Positions 26,272-36,800 of a stretch of DNA of 64,000 nucleotides are shown piece by piece; position 1 is the first letter of the stretch; each line of letters starts with the position of its first letter. The translations under genes were made by a program, and so were the position numbers. The notes beneath the pieces were generated by a model. The model had not been told where the DNA came from. It made no database searches and worked only from the letters and a program-made list of their open reading frames with translations. The DNA comes from Candidatus Sumerlaeaceae bacterium. Lineage in GTDB: Bacteria; Sumerlaeota; Sumerlaeia; Sumerlaeales; Sumerlaeaceae. Location: positions 28,154 to 92,153 of the forward strand of contig JBPCLP010000008.1 of assembly GCA_051003195.1 (NCBI GenBank), in the 5' to 3' direction.

Positions 26272-28767
26272 TTGATCAGGCTTACAGCTCAATGGAATTC
26301 TTTTAAAGTGCGAGTATTCCGGCGCTGCGCAGTTGCAGTTCTGCTGTTCACGACCAGCTTTACACATGCCGCAGATTCGCAGCAGGCAATCGCCGGCTGG
26401 CTTTCGGAAGACGCAAGGCCGAGCGTACCCGAGTGGCTAAAGTGGCTACTGGTCGGCGGCGCCATTCTGTTCGTTGTACCGACTTCGCTGAACGTTGTCC
26501 TTCGGCGCGAGGTTCGACGCAAAACAGCGGAGCTGTCTGAAAAAAATGAGAGACTGGAAAAAGAGGGTGCGGAGCGCTCGCGGGCTGAGCAGTCGATGCG
26601 AAACAGTGAGCGCCGGCTGCGCCAACAGAACTCGACGCTGGTTGAACTGGCAAGAAATGAGGCAACAAACAGCACCGGTACTGATGCGTTGCCCGGGCTT
26701 CAGCGGATGCTGGAAGCAACTGCCGAAACTTTGGGCGTCGCGCGCACGAGCTTGTGGCTCTTTAATGAATCGCGCACGCAGATCCGGTGTGTGGACCTCT
26801 ACGAGCTGAAGCCGGCCCGCCACCTCGCGGCTATGGAACTGGCCGCGACCGACTTTCCCCGCTATTTCGAAGCCGTGGAGGAAGACCGTATCATGGCCGC
26901 GGATGATGCGATCGCGGACCCCAGAACGTCGGAGTTTGCAGAGTCTTATCTCAGGCCTCACGGCATCACATCCATGCTGGATGTCCCCGTGAGAGCCGCA
27001 GGTCGTGTGATCGGTGTTTTGTGCAATGAGCATTGCGGGGAGATGCGGGTCTGGCAACTGGATGAGCAGAACTTCTGCAAAGCAGTGGCTGATCTTGCGG
27101 CGCTGGCGCTTGAGTCGGCGGAAAAGCAGCGGGCGCAGCAGGAGCTGCAGATCAGTGAGCGTTACTATCGGTCGCTTATAGAAAACACCTCGGACATGAT
27201 CATCATCATCGATGCCGATGGAACGATGCGGTATCTCAGCCCATCCTATCACAGGATTCTTGGATACCAGCCGGGTGAGAAAATCGGTACCAGCTGTTTC
27301 GAACTGATTCACCCCGACGATGTTGCGACGGTGCAGGATATTTTTGGCCGGCTGGTTGTGTACCCGGGCTCGGTGGAGCGGGCACGATATCGTTATCGCC
27401 ACGTCGACGGCAGCTGGTGCCACATGGAAGCCTTCGGCAAGAACCTGCTCAATGACGATGCTGTTTCGGCAATCGTGGCTAACGTTCGGGATGTGACCGA
27501 ACAGGTGAAGGCCGAAGAAGACCTTGAGCGGGACCGGCAAAGCCTCGAGGAAACCGTGAAGACCCGCACGTTCCAGGTTTCAAAAACGGTGCAACGGCTT
27601 CAGGATGCGAACTTACGGCTGGAAGCTGCCAATCGACACAAGAGTCGGTTTCTGTCTTCGATGAGCCATGAGTTGCGCACGCCTTTGAATGCGATTCTTG
27701 GTTTTGCAGATCTTTTGCGCGGGCAGTTTTTTGGGCCGCTGAACGACAAGCAGCTGGCGTATGTGAACCAGCTTGATGCGAGCGGCAAACACCTGCTGGC
27801 ATTGATCAACGACCTGCTGGACATGGCGAAGATCGATGCCGGCGCAATGGACACGACGATGGAGCGTTTCGCGCCACGGGATTGCATCGACGCAACGCTC
27901 AGCATGCTAAGTGCAAACTTCCGCAGGAAACAGATCGAATCCACGAGCGAAATTGATCCCGCGCTTGAGACGCTCACGGGCGATCTTCGGAAATGCAAAC
28001 AGATCATGCTTAATCTGCTTTCCAATGCGGTGAAGTACACACCTGAAGGCGGCAGTGTGGCTGTGCGTGCAGGCTACGATACCGATGGAGCCGTGCGGAT
28101 CAGCGTAAGCGACACCGGCATCGGGATTGATCCAGAGGAATGCGAAAAGATTTTCTCCGAGTTTCACCAGGCAGACCGCACGCGTGATGAGCAACTTGGC
28201 GGCACTGGAATTGGCCTGGCGCTTACACGAAGACTGGTGGAATTGCACGGGGGCCGCATAGGTGTGCAAAGCGAGCCTGGCAAGGGAAGCACGTTCTGGT
28301 TCACTTTGCCTCAGCAGACCGATAGTTATTCCTGCGCGCTGAGTTTTGCGCAGGGTGATGGCGACGTCGCATCGTCAAAATCCGCGCTGGGGGACTACCG
28401 CATCCTCGTGGCAGAAGACAATGAAGTAAACCTTTCGATGCTTCTGGATATGTTAAGCGCCCGCGGGTACAGCGCGATCGTAGCTCGAAATGGTAAGGAG
28501 GCAATCGAGCTGGCACAACAGCACGAACCCCATTTGATCCTGATGGATATTCGCATGCCCATAATGGATGGAATTGAGGCAACCATGAGGTTGCGAGCCC
28601 TGCCAGCCATGGCCGACACTCCCATTGTGGCACTAACAGCAAGTGCAGGTGCGGACTCCGAAGAGCGCTGCCTTGCAGCGGGGTGTACGGCGCATTTACC
28701 AAAACCCATCCAGACGAAGGAACTATTTGGACTTCTCAGACGCTACCTACTGGAAGCCCCGCTTTGA
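26272..28767 (+). CDS. hybrid sensor histidine kinase (TM-GAF-PAS-HisKA-HATPase_c-REC)
   Basis: H-box SMSHELRTPLNAI, G-box GTGIGLAL, C-terminal receiver domain (ILVAEDNEVN...LMDIRMP), PAS block (IIIDADGTMRYLSPS). Confidence 0.9.
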   Translation: MIRLTAQWNSFKVRVFRRCAVAVLLFTTSFTHAADSQQAIAGWLSEDARPSVPEWLKWLLVGGAILFVVPTSLNVVLRREVRRKTAELSEKNERLEKEGAERSRAEQSMRNSERRLRQQNSTLVELARNEATNSTGTDALPGLQRMLEATAETLGVARTSLWLFNESRTQIRCVDLYELKPARHLAAMELAATDFPRYFEAVEEDRIMAADDAIADPRTSEFAESYLRPHGITSMLDVPVRAAGRVIGVLCNEHCGEMRVWQLDEQNFCKAVADLAALALESAEKQRAQQELQISERYYRSLIENTSDMIIIIDADGTMRYLSPSYHRILGYQPGEKIGTSCFELIHPDDVATVQDIFGRLVVYPGSVERARYRYRHVDGSWCHMEAFGKNLLNDDAVSAIVANVRDVTEQVKAEEDLERDRQSLEETVKTRTFQVSKTVQRLQDANLRLEAANRHKSRFLSSMSHELRTPLNAILGFADLLRGQFFGPLNDKQLAYVNQLDASGKHLLALINDLLDMAKIDAGAMDTTMERFAPRDCIDATLSMLSANFRRKQIESTSEIDPALETLTGDLRKCKQIMLNLLSNAVKYTPEGGSVAVRAGYDTDGAVRISVSDTGIGIDPEECEKIFSEFHQADRTRDEQLGGTGIGLALTRRLVELHGGRIGVQSEPGKGSTFWFTLPQQTDSYSCALSFAQGDGDVASSKSALGDYRILVAEDNEVNLSMLLDMLSARGYSAIVARNGKEAIELAQQHEPHLILMDIRMPIMDGIEATMRLRALPAMADTPIVALTASAGADSEERCLAAGCTAHLPKPIQTKELFGLLRRYLLEAPL

Positions 28768-29897
28768 TGCTCCCGCGATTCCGAATTCTTATTGTAGATG
28801 ATGTGGAAGCAAACCGGATGCTGCTTGCCGACAGTATGTTTGCATTGGGGCACGATCCACAGACTGCGGAGAATGGCCGTGTGGCACTGGAGCAGATGCG
28901 TTCCAACCCGCCGGATCTTGTATTGCTGGATATTCTGATGCCGGTGATGGACGGCTACACGACGCTCCAGCATATCCGGGCTGACGAAAAGCTGCGGCAT
29001 TTGCCGGTGGTTGTGATCTCCGCGGTGGACGAACTGGAGACGGTGGTGAGGTGCATCGCGGCAGGCGCAGACGATTACCTCGTGAAACCGTTCAATGCTA
29101 CGCTGCTGAAAGCACGGATCAGCGCCAGCCTGGACCGCAAGCGCCTGCACGATGAAGAAGCCGCCGCGCGGCGCGAACTCGAAGAGGCAAACGCGCTGAA
29201 GGACAAGTTTCTGCAGATCGCAAACCATGATATCCGAAATCCATTAACCGTGCTCAACGCGTGCCTGTACTCTCTACGCAAGGAATCGGCCGGTGATGGC
29301 GATGCGCGACTCATGGAAATGATTGCGACGATGGAACGCGCCGCAAGCCGCATTGGCAACATCGTAAATGACTTCCTCGACTTTCGCGAAATAAGCGAGG
29401 GCCGCTGCAAACTGGAGCTGGGCTCAGTTGATCTGAATGAGCTGGTGGGTGCCATCGTGGAAGAAAGCCAGCAGTACGCCGCACGCAAAAACATCGGGCT
29501 GCAGTTTGACCCGATGGCAGAACTGCCCGAGTGTCACGCCGACTATAATCGCACGGTGCAAATCACGGCAAATTACGTCAGCAACGCCATTAAATTTACG
29601 CCGCATGGAGAAAGCGTGGCCGTGCGGACGCTGCAAAAGGACGGTAAAGTACGAACCGAGGTGCAGGACTCAGGGCCGGGTGTTTCAGTCGAAGAGCGTT
29701 CGAGGCTGTTCCAGGAATTTGCGCGTTTATCGAATCGCCCAACGGGAGATGAGAAGAGTACCGGCCTTGGACTTTCCATCGTAAAGCAACTCGCCGAAAT
29801 GCAGGGTGGAAGCGTCGGTGCAGAGTTCCCGCCCCACGGTGGGTCGATATTCTGGTTTGAATTGCCGACGGCTGGGCCTGCGACGCCCCGCCTGTGA
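28767..29897 (+). CDS. hybrid histidine kinase (REC-HisKA-HATPase_c)
   Basis: Receiver domain (ILIVDDVEANR...LLDILMP), H-box IANHDIRNPLTV, G-box STGLGLSIV. Start overlaps the upstream stop (TGATG). Confidence 0.85.
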   Translation: MLPRFRILIVDDVEANRMLLADSMFALGHDPQTAENGRVALEQMRSNPPDLVLLDILMPVMDGYTTLQHIRADEKLRHLPVVVISAVDELETVVRCIAAGADDYLVKPFNATLLKARISASLDRKRLHDEEAAARRELEEANALKDKFLQIANHDIRNPLTVLNACLYSLRKESAGDGDARLMEMIATMERAASRIGNIVNDFLDFREISEGRCKLELGSVDLNELVGAIVEESQQYAARKNIGLQFDPMAELPECHADYNRTVQITANYVSNAIKFTPHGESVAVRTLQKDGKVRTEVQDSGPGVSVEERSRLFQEFARLSNRPTGDEKSTGLGLSIVKQLAEMQGGSVGAEFPPHGGSIFWFELPTAGPATPRL

Positions 29898-29954
29898 GTA
29901 GCAATCGGCTTCAGCCTCGCCGATCTTCATAGTAATCTGGTTCTCAGTAAAACG

Positions 29955-31412
29955 CTACCGCTTCTTCTGGCGTTCTTTCTTCGCCAGCCGCTGGCGCATC
30001 TTTTTCTCGTAGGCTTTTCGGTTCTGGCGGCGCGCGCGCTCCGCTGCGCTGATGTTCGTCGCTGTCATGCTGCTTTTCATCCCGGTGCCATCGGGCCCGG
30101 CTCCCGCGGCGGTCATTTTGTCCTGCATCTGGAACAGGCCCTTCATCATCTGTCGCGTCGTCTCGAATTGCTGCACCAGGTTGTTTACGTCCTGGGGAGT
30201 GGTGCCGCTGCCCTTGGCAATTCGTGCCTTGCGCGAGCCGTTCAGCACTGACGGCTCCTCGCGTTCGCGAATTGTCATGCTTTGTATAATTGCCTCGATC
30301 TTCTTCATCTCGTCTTCGGGAAGATCGATGTCTTTCAATGCGCTGCCAACACCGGGGAGCATCGCGAGCAGGTTTTTTAGAGGGCCCATTTTTTTGACCT
30401 GTTGCATCTGCGTAAGAAAGTCCTGCAGGGTGAAGCTGGCCTTGCGCATCTTGCGCTGCATATCCTCGGCCTGCTTCTCGTCGAAGTGCTCCTGGGCCTT
30501 TTCGACGAGGGACAACACATCACCCATGCCAAGGATGCGACCGGCCATGCGGTCCGGAAAGAATTCCTGCAAGTCGTCCAGCTTCTCACCCGTTCCGATG
30601 AACTTAACAGGACGTCCTGTAATCGACTTAATCGAGAGCGCGGCGCCACCACGTGCATCGCCGTCCATTTTCGTCAGGCAAACCCCATCAATGCCGACCT
30701 TGTCATTGAAGGTGGAGGCGCTGACTACCGCGTCCTGGCCTGTCATTGCATCGGCTACCAGGAACGTGTACGTTGGCTTTGTCAGTCGCTTGATATCGAG
30801 AAGCTCGTCCATTAACACATCGTTGATGTGCAGGCGACCGGCGGTATCGATGATAACGAGGTCGCGACCGTCTGCCTGCGCCTTCTCGACTCCTCGTTTC
30901 GCGATATCGGGGGCCGGCTTGTCGGTGCCTTCGCTGTATACGGGAACGCCGGCATTTTCTCCGACAACGTGCAACTGGGTGACTGCGGCTGGGCGATAGA
31001 TATCGCACGCGACCAGCATCGGCTTCCAGCCTTCTTTGGCATAGCGCTTCGCGAGTTTGCCGCAGAAAGTCGTTTTCCCACTGCCCTGCAAGCCTAACAT
31101 CAGCACGACATTGGTGCGGCCTTTCTGCAACTGGAAGGGCACCACTTCGCCGCCGAGAAACTCGACAAGTTCATCGTGGACAATTTGAACCATCTGCTGC
31201 GCGGGTGAGACCGAGAGCAATACCTGCTCGCCGACGGCCTTTTCCTGGACTCGCGCAACGAAGTCCTTCACCACCTTAAAGTTAACGTCGGCCTCGAGCA
31301 GCGCCATCTTCACGTCGCGCATTACATCTTTGATGTTGCTCTCGTTGATCTGCCCCTGGCCGCGCAGGTTCTTGAATACACCCTCCAGCCGATCGCTCAG
31401 GTTTTCAAACAT
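29955..31412 (-). CDS. ffh: signal recognition particle protein Ffh
   Basis: N domain, GTPase with GLQGSGKTT, DTAGR and TKMDGD motifs, M domain with a Met-rich C-terminus. Confidence 0.95.
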   Translation of the reverse strand: MFENLSDRLEGVFKNLRGQGQINESNIKDVMRDVKMALLEADVNFKVVKDFVARVQEKAVGEQVLLSVSPAQQMVQIVHDELVEFLGGEVVPFQLQKGRTNVVLMLGLQGSGKTTFCGKLAKRYAKEGWKPMLVACDIYRPAAVTQLHVVGENAGVPVYSEGTDKPAPDIAKRGVEKAQADGRDLVIIDTAGRLHINDVLMDELLDIKRLTKPTYTFLVADAMTGQDAVVSASTFNDKVGIDGVCLTKMDGDARGGAALSIKSITGRPVKFIGTGEKLDDLQEFFPDRMAGRILGMGDVLSLVEKAQEHFDEKQAEDMQRKMRKASFTLQDFLTQMQQVKKMGPLKNLLAMLPGVGSALKDIDLPEDEMKKIEAIIQSMTIREREEPSVLNGSRKARIAKGSGTTPQDVNNLVQQFETTRQMMKGLFQMQDKMTAAGAGPDGTGMKSSMTATNISAAERARRQNRKAYEKKMRQRLAKKERQKKR

Positions 31413-31592
31413 TAGCTCTGTATCGTCTTCCTGTATTGCCTGGTCCCAGGCTCAGTACACTGCCCGTACGTCTACCAATTGGCATCAAGTTCGTATTCGC
31501 TGCGGCGATCAACCCCTCGCCAGCAAATATTGCGCAAGTATGTAAAAATCTCTTTTGACGTGGCCCTGCCGGATTCCGCAACTGGATGCCTC

Positions 31593-32915
31593 ATGAGCAG
31601 CGCTCCCCTTCAATTAACTGGAATTGCGTGCCGGCGTCTGCGCACACCCGGGATGCTGCTGGAGAACGTTTTTATCGAATTCGACGGCCCGCGAGTCTCC
31701 GTGGTCGGCGACTTCAGTTCTTCCTGGTTGCCGCCGGGTGCCTTCAATGCGCGGGATGAAGAGCTGCTCGTGGTGCCGGGATTCGTGGATGTGCATGTGC
31801 ATGGGGGAGGCGGAATCGATTTCCTGACGGCCGACGAAGCGGGCCTTGCCACTGTTTCAGCCACGGCGGCGAGCGGCGGCTGCACAACGATGGTCGCAAC
31901 CACCACCCTCGCCAATGATGACGAGGGGCTCGAGCGTTTCACTGAGTTTGTCAGGATACTTCGCAACACGTCGCCGCCACGATACCGGCAGGGCCGGGTT
32001 GAATCAAGTGCCAGAAAGCCCGCCGCCGGGGCTGCTACAGCGCAGGGCAGTGCTGCAGCAGTGGCTGAGGCGGTTGCGGAAGACGAAGTGTGTTCATTAC
32101 CCGGCACGCGCATCATGGGCATTCACCTTGAAGGGCCGTTCCTGAACCCGGAACGGCGGGGTGCGTTTACGAACCGGTTTTTACGCCCGGTTGATCTCAA
32201 GGTCGCCGAAAAGGTGCTCGAAATCTGTGGTGACCTGCTGCTGAAGGTCACGCTGGCCCCGGAGCTGCCAGGAGGAGCACAGCTGGTGCAGTTGCTGACG
32301 AGTTCCCGAAGCGCGCCTGTGGAGGTGACGCTTGGCCATACCACATGCGACTACGAGCTTGGCATCAGAATGTTTGGGAATTCCCACGTTCGGCAAATTA
32401 CCCACGTCTTCAACGCAATGAGCGGGCTACACCACCGCACGCCAAACCTGATCACGGCCGCACTACTGGACGATCGCGTCTGCCTCGAAATTATTCCTGA
32501 TGGCCTGCATGTCGCCCCACCGGTTGTGAAGCTCCTTCACAAAATTGTCGGCGCAAAGCGGCTGATCGGCACCACCGATGGGGCGAGCGCGGCGGGTACG
32601 CCACCAGGCAGCTCGTTTGAAAGCTTTAGCGGCCATGCGGTGGTTGGATCCGATTGCGGAGTGCGGCGCACAACGGACCATGTACTGGTAGGAAGCGCGG
32701 CTTTAATGAATGACGTGTATGAACGCCTGCAAACGCTCGCTGGCATCCCGGCAGAAGATGCTTTGCTTATGTGCACGCAGAACCCGGCACAGTCCATCAA
32801 CCGCTTTCATCAAATTGGCAGTATCGATAAAGCCAAGCGCGCTGACTTTGCAATTTTACGTGGCACAACCGTCGAGGCGACTGTGCGTGATGGCGTTTTG
32901 GTTTATCAAAAATAA
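31593..32915 (+). CDS. nagA: N-acetylglucosamine-6-phosphate deacetylase with an internal Ala-rich low-complexity insertion
   Basis: VVPGFVDVHVHGGGGIDF and GIHLEGPFLNPERRGA blocks typical of NagA amidohydrolase. Start chosen at the Met at 31593; the ORF track begins at 31479. Confidence 0.8.
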   Translation: MSSAPLQLTGIACRRLRTPGMLLENVFIEFDGPRVSVVGDFSSSWLPPGAFNARDEELLVVPGFVDVHVHGGGGIDFLTADEAGLATVSATAASGGCTTMVATTTLANDDEGLERFTEFVRILRNTSPPRYRQGRVESSARKPAAGAATAQGSAAAVAEAVAEDEVCSLPGTRIMGIHLEGPFLNPERRGAFTNRFLRPVDLKVAEKVLEICGDLLLKVTLAPELPGGAQLVQLLTSSRSAPVEVTLGHTTCDYELGIRMFGNSHVRQITHVFNAMSGLHHRTPNLITAALLDDRVCLEIIPDGLHVAPPVVKLLHKIVGAKRLIGTTDGASAAGTPPGSSFESFSGHAVVGSDCGVRRTTDHVLVGSAALMNDVYERLQTLAGIPAEDALLMCTQNPAQSINRFHQIGSIDKAKRADFAILRGTTVEATVRDGVLVYQK

Positions 32916-33765
32916 CAAGCCGTCGCGTGCTTTAGCCGTTGTTGTTTTATGGTGCCTGGTCGCTGGGTTGTGTGCAGCGACTTACGGTGACTCGTCCACT
33001 ACGAGAGTCGTTTCGCTTGTGCCTGGGCTTACAGAAACATGTTTCGCGATAGGCGCGGGACCCCAGGTGGTCGGTGTGAGCGACTACTGCGCATACCCTG
33101 CCGAAGCCAGGACTCGTCCGCGCGTGGGCGGACTCAGCAATCCTCGGCTCGAGCAACTGCTTTTGCTGCGGCCAACGGTCATTCTGCTCTATCGCTCACA
33201 GGCTGACTTTGCGCATAAATTGCGCATCTTGAAAATAGATTGCCGGCTGTTCGCGTTGGATCGACTTTCGGATATCTACGAGGCTGCTGAGCAACTGGGC
33301 GGCATTACTGGAAAGCGAGCCGAGGCGCATGTGCTGGTGCGATCGATGCGCGAGCAATTTGAAGCGATGCACGCACGTACCAGTGAAACCGCTGCTGTGC
33401 GGGCGGTGGTACTAGTCAGCCGGGATCCTGGAGACCTGCGGAATCTGTTCCAGGCAGGGCCAAAGAACTTTCTTGGTGAACTGATGAACCTTGCGGGCGG
33501 TTCTCACGCAATTGCTACAGATGCTGCGATTACAAAGGAACAACTGATCCTCGGGAATCCACAGGTCATCATTGACCTGTCGGGCGGTGAAAGCGCATCC
33601 ACGGCGGAAGCAAAAGAGGCCGCATTGCGCGTATGGGCGCAATTACCGACAATAGATGCTGTGAAGAACCATCACGTCTACTATCCCGCGGCTGCCCATG
33701 CGTTGGTTCCGGGACCGTACCTGGTTGAAGCAGCAAAAGAATTCGAGCGCATGCTGCACCGCTAG
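32890..33765 (+). CDS. periplasmic substrate-binding protein, TroA/BtuF-like (Fe3+-siderophore/cobalamin type ABC PBP)
   Basis: Signal peptide (ALAVVVLWCLVAGLCAA). VVSLVPGLTETCFAIGAGPQVVGVSDYC block typical of cluster A-2 binding proteins. Start overlaps the nagA 3' end by 26 nt. Confidence 0.7.
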   Translation: MAFWFIKNNKPSRALAVVVLWCLVAGLCAATYGDSSTTRVVSLVPGLTETCFAIGAGPQVVGVSDYCAYPAEARTRPRVGGLSNPRLEQLLLLRPTVILLYRSQADFAHKLRILKIDCRLFALDRLSDIYEAAEQLGGITGKRAEAHVLVRSMREQFEAMHARTSETAAVRAVVLVSRDPGDLRNLFQAGPKNFLGELMNLAGGSHAIATDAAITKEQLILGNPQVIIDLSGGESASTAEAKEAALRVWAQLPTIDAVKNHHVYYPAAAHALVPGPYLVEAAKEFERMLHR

Positions 33766-33768
33766 CGT

Positions 33769-33857
33769 GGTCCACTGTTAGTTCGTAATCAGTTCTGTGT
33801 ACCAAATCGAGGTCAAGTCCGCCCTTTGGTCTGGTAAGCAACTACCGATTCGGCACA
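33769..33857 (+). repeat. REP/MITE-like intergenic element, copy 3
   Basis: GTCCACTGTTAGTTCGTAATCAGTTCTGTGTACCAAATCGAGGTCAAG...ACTACCGATTCGGCACA, between convergent genes. Confidence 0.85.
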
Positions 33858-33879
33858 CTTGTCACCAGGCGTCAAAGTC

Positions 33880-36800
33880 TCATGCCGAGGCTGCTACGGG
33901 CTCCATCTCTTCGATCTCGCGCACAATTTCATGGTGTTCGATTTCATCAAGCTTAATGCTGACCACGCGGCTGACGCCCTGCTCTTCCATCGTTACGCCG
34001 TAGATCGTGTTGGCGAGATTCATCGTCTGCTTGTTATGCGTGATGATAATGAACTGGGTTGTGTCCGCGAACTCGCGCACAAGGTCTTTGAAACGCTCAA
34101 TGTTTTTGTCGTCGAGCGGTGCGTCGATTTCGTCGAGAATGCAGAACGGGCTCGGCTTGCGCATAAAGATCGCAAACAACAGCGCGACTGCGGTGAGTGC
34201 CTTCTCACCGCCGGAAAGCAGGGAAATATGCTGCGGCTTCTTGCCGGGGGGCTGCGCCACGATATCGATCCCACCTTCGAGTACGCCGTTTTCCTCAGTC
34301 AGAAGCAGGTCGGCTCTTCCTCCACCAAACAGGCGCCGGTACACCTGCTCGAAGTTGGCGCGAATTTCAGCAAACGCGGTGGCGAAAAGATCCTTTGTCG
34401 TTTCGTCGATCTTCGCAATGGTTTCCGCGAGCAGGTTCTTGGCATCCAGGAGGTCCTTCTCCTGCGCGGTCAGGAAGTCCAGGCGTGAATTTGCCTCGTT
34501 GAACTCGTCAATTGCCCCCACGTGAACGGGGCCCATTCCATCGATTGTGGCGCGAATCTCCTGGATGCGTGTTGCAATCTCGTCGGGTGTACGAAGACGC
34601 GCGAGCGCTACTTCAACGGCGAGATCTGCATTGTGAGCAATGATTTCTGAGCGGGCCTGCTCATCGCCTGCTGCGGAATCCGATGCTTCATCTGCCAAGG
34701 CAGTAATGTCGTGAATGACCGCGACGTCCGCTGTTGCTGCATCCGGGTTCTCCGGGGTGTTTTCGACAGCGTCCTCTGAAGAGAGGGCAGAGTTCTCGTT
34801 TAACTCAGGCTCTGGGAAGAGGACGCGCTGGATTACATCGTCGAGCACCAGCCCAAATTTTTCCTGCGCCTGCACGTTGATGTTGTCGAGCTGCAGGGTG
34901 TACTCTGTGCGCTTCAATTCCACTTCGTGCAACTCGTTCTGCGCCTCGTTGTAATCGCGCTGAAGCACCTGCGCGTGCTCGCTGAGTTTACGCAGGTCCA
35001 GATGGACGTTTTCCTTGCGCTGGTTCTCCTGCGTAAGCTGCGCCGAAAGGCTTTGCTGGTCTACCTGCAACTTCGCAAGCTGCTCGTGCAACTGCGACAG
35101 CTCGCCTGCGCACTCCGATTGTGTCACATCCATGCGCTCAATTTCGGCGCGCTTGTCAGCCTGCGCCTGCACCAGGCGCTGGCCCTCGCGTTCACCGCTC
35201 GCAATGCGCTCGCGAAGGTTCTTTAAGCGCTCCGTACCGGTCGAGATTGCGATCATCAGCTCGTTAACAAGTCGACCAGCCTCAGCCACTTCATGTTGTT
35301 TTGCTGTCGCAGTTTCCTCAATGCCCTGGAGCTGTTCCTCAAGAGCAGCTGCATTGGCGGCCAATTGCTCCAGCAGACCTGAACCCTCATCCTGCGTGTT
35401 TCGGTGTTGCTCAACCTGCTGCTGCATTCCGGCACGGCGCGTTTCAAGCCGTTCCAGCTGCTGTGCTTTCTCGGAGGCGCGGTGGTCCACCACCTCGAAG
35501 TCCTTACGCAGGCGGGCTGCCTCAATTTCCTGCTGATGAGCTTCGCGCGACAGGCGTTCCGTGCTGTCACGCAATTCGCCAAGGCTTCCCTTAAGGTGCG
35601 AAACGCGTTGCTCGGTCTCCTGCTCGCGGCTGCGCAGGTGCACGAGACGATCCGCCAGTTCTTTCACTTCGCGTGTGCGGTTGAGAAGACCCGTTGCCTT
35701 AACACTTCCGCCCGTCATGGCTCCGTGTGCAGATACCATCTCTCCATCGAGCGTAACAAACTTCGTGCGGATACCCCGCCGCTCCAGAGCGACCGCGACA
35801 TCCAGGTTCTCAACCACAACGACGTTCCCCAGCAGGTACTGGACAACCTTTTGGATGCGAGTATCGTATTTCACGAGATCGGTTGCAAACCCGACAACGC
35901 CCGGCTCGGCAACCACCTGCCGCAGATTATAATTATTTTCGCGGCCTTCGATTAGATCAAGCGGCAGAAAAGTCGCGCGCCCGACACGTGACTCCTTCAG
36001 CCAGCGGATGGCCGCTTTGCCCATGTCGGAATTATCCACAACGATGTCCTGCGCCTGACTTCCCAGGGCGACCTCGATTGCGAGCTCGTGCTCACGCTGC
36101 GCTTCCAGCAGTGTGGATACCACACCCACCAGTCCGTGCAGCTCACCGCGCTTGCCGGCAGACATGACTTCCTTCACACCGCGGTAATAGCCCTCAAAGT
36201 TTGCCTGTAAGTCGGCCAACGCTTCGTGCCGGCTCTGGCACTCATGCGCGGCGCGGCGAGCCTGCTCGAGTTCCATGCTGAGATTGTAGTGCTCAAGGTC
36301 GCGCGTTTTGAATTCATCGCGCGCGGCCGCCGCTGCCTCACGAAGACGTTCCCGCTGGATTTCGGACTGCTCCGCAGCGCCACGCTTGTCGTCGCATTCG
36401 ACTTTGAGCAATTCGATCTGTTCGCGCAACATTCCGAGCTCGCTGTCGCTCTGTTCGATCTCATGGATCAGCTTTTCTTCCATTACATGAGCGACGCGCA
36501 CTTCGTTTTCTTTCTCCAGCCGTGCGCGTGTTGCAGTGCTGATTTCCTGTCGAAGGCGCACCATGTCAGAACTTGCGGCGTCGCTGTCGCCCTTAAGCGT
36601 CTCGTAATCCGATTTGCGCTGCGCGTGTTCGGCCAGCAGCCGCTCAAGTTCGGCTTCTTTTTCCTGGGTTTCGGCAGCGAACTGTGCCGTTGCTTCCTGC
36701 AGCTGTTTTGCGTTTTCATCCAGCTCGCGAATCTGTGAGTCGAGCTGCTCGCGCCGTTCGGCGCTGTTGGCCTGCCGCTGTTCCAAAAGTGCGATGCGTC

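Noticed and set aside
26446-27540. 364-aa minus-strand ORF
   Set aside because: Antisense to the hybrid histidine kinase, which has complete H, N and G boxes.
30052-30999. 315-aa plus-strand ORF
   Set aside because: Antisense to ffh, whose product matches SRP54 throughout.
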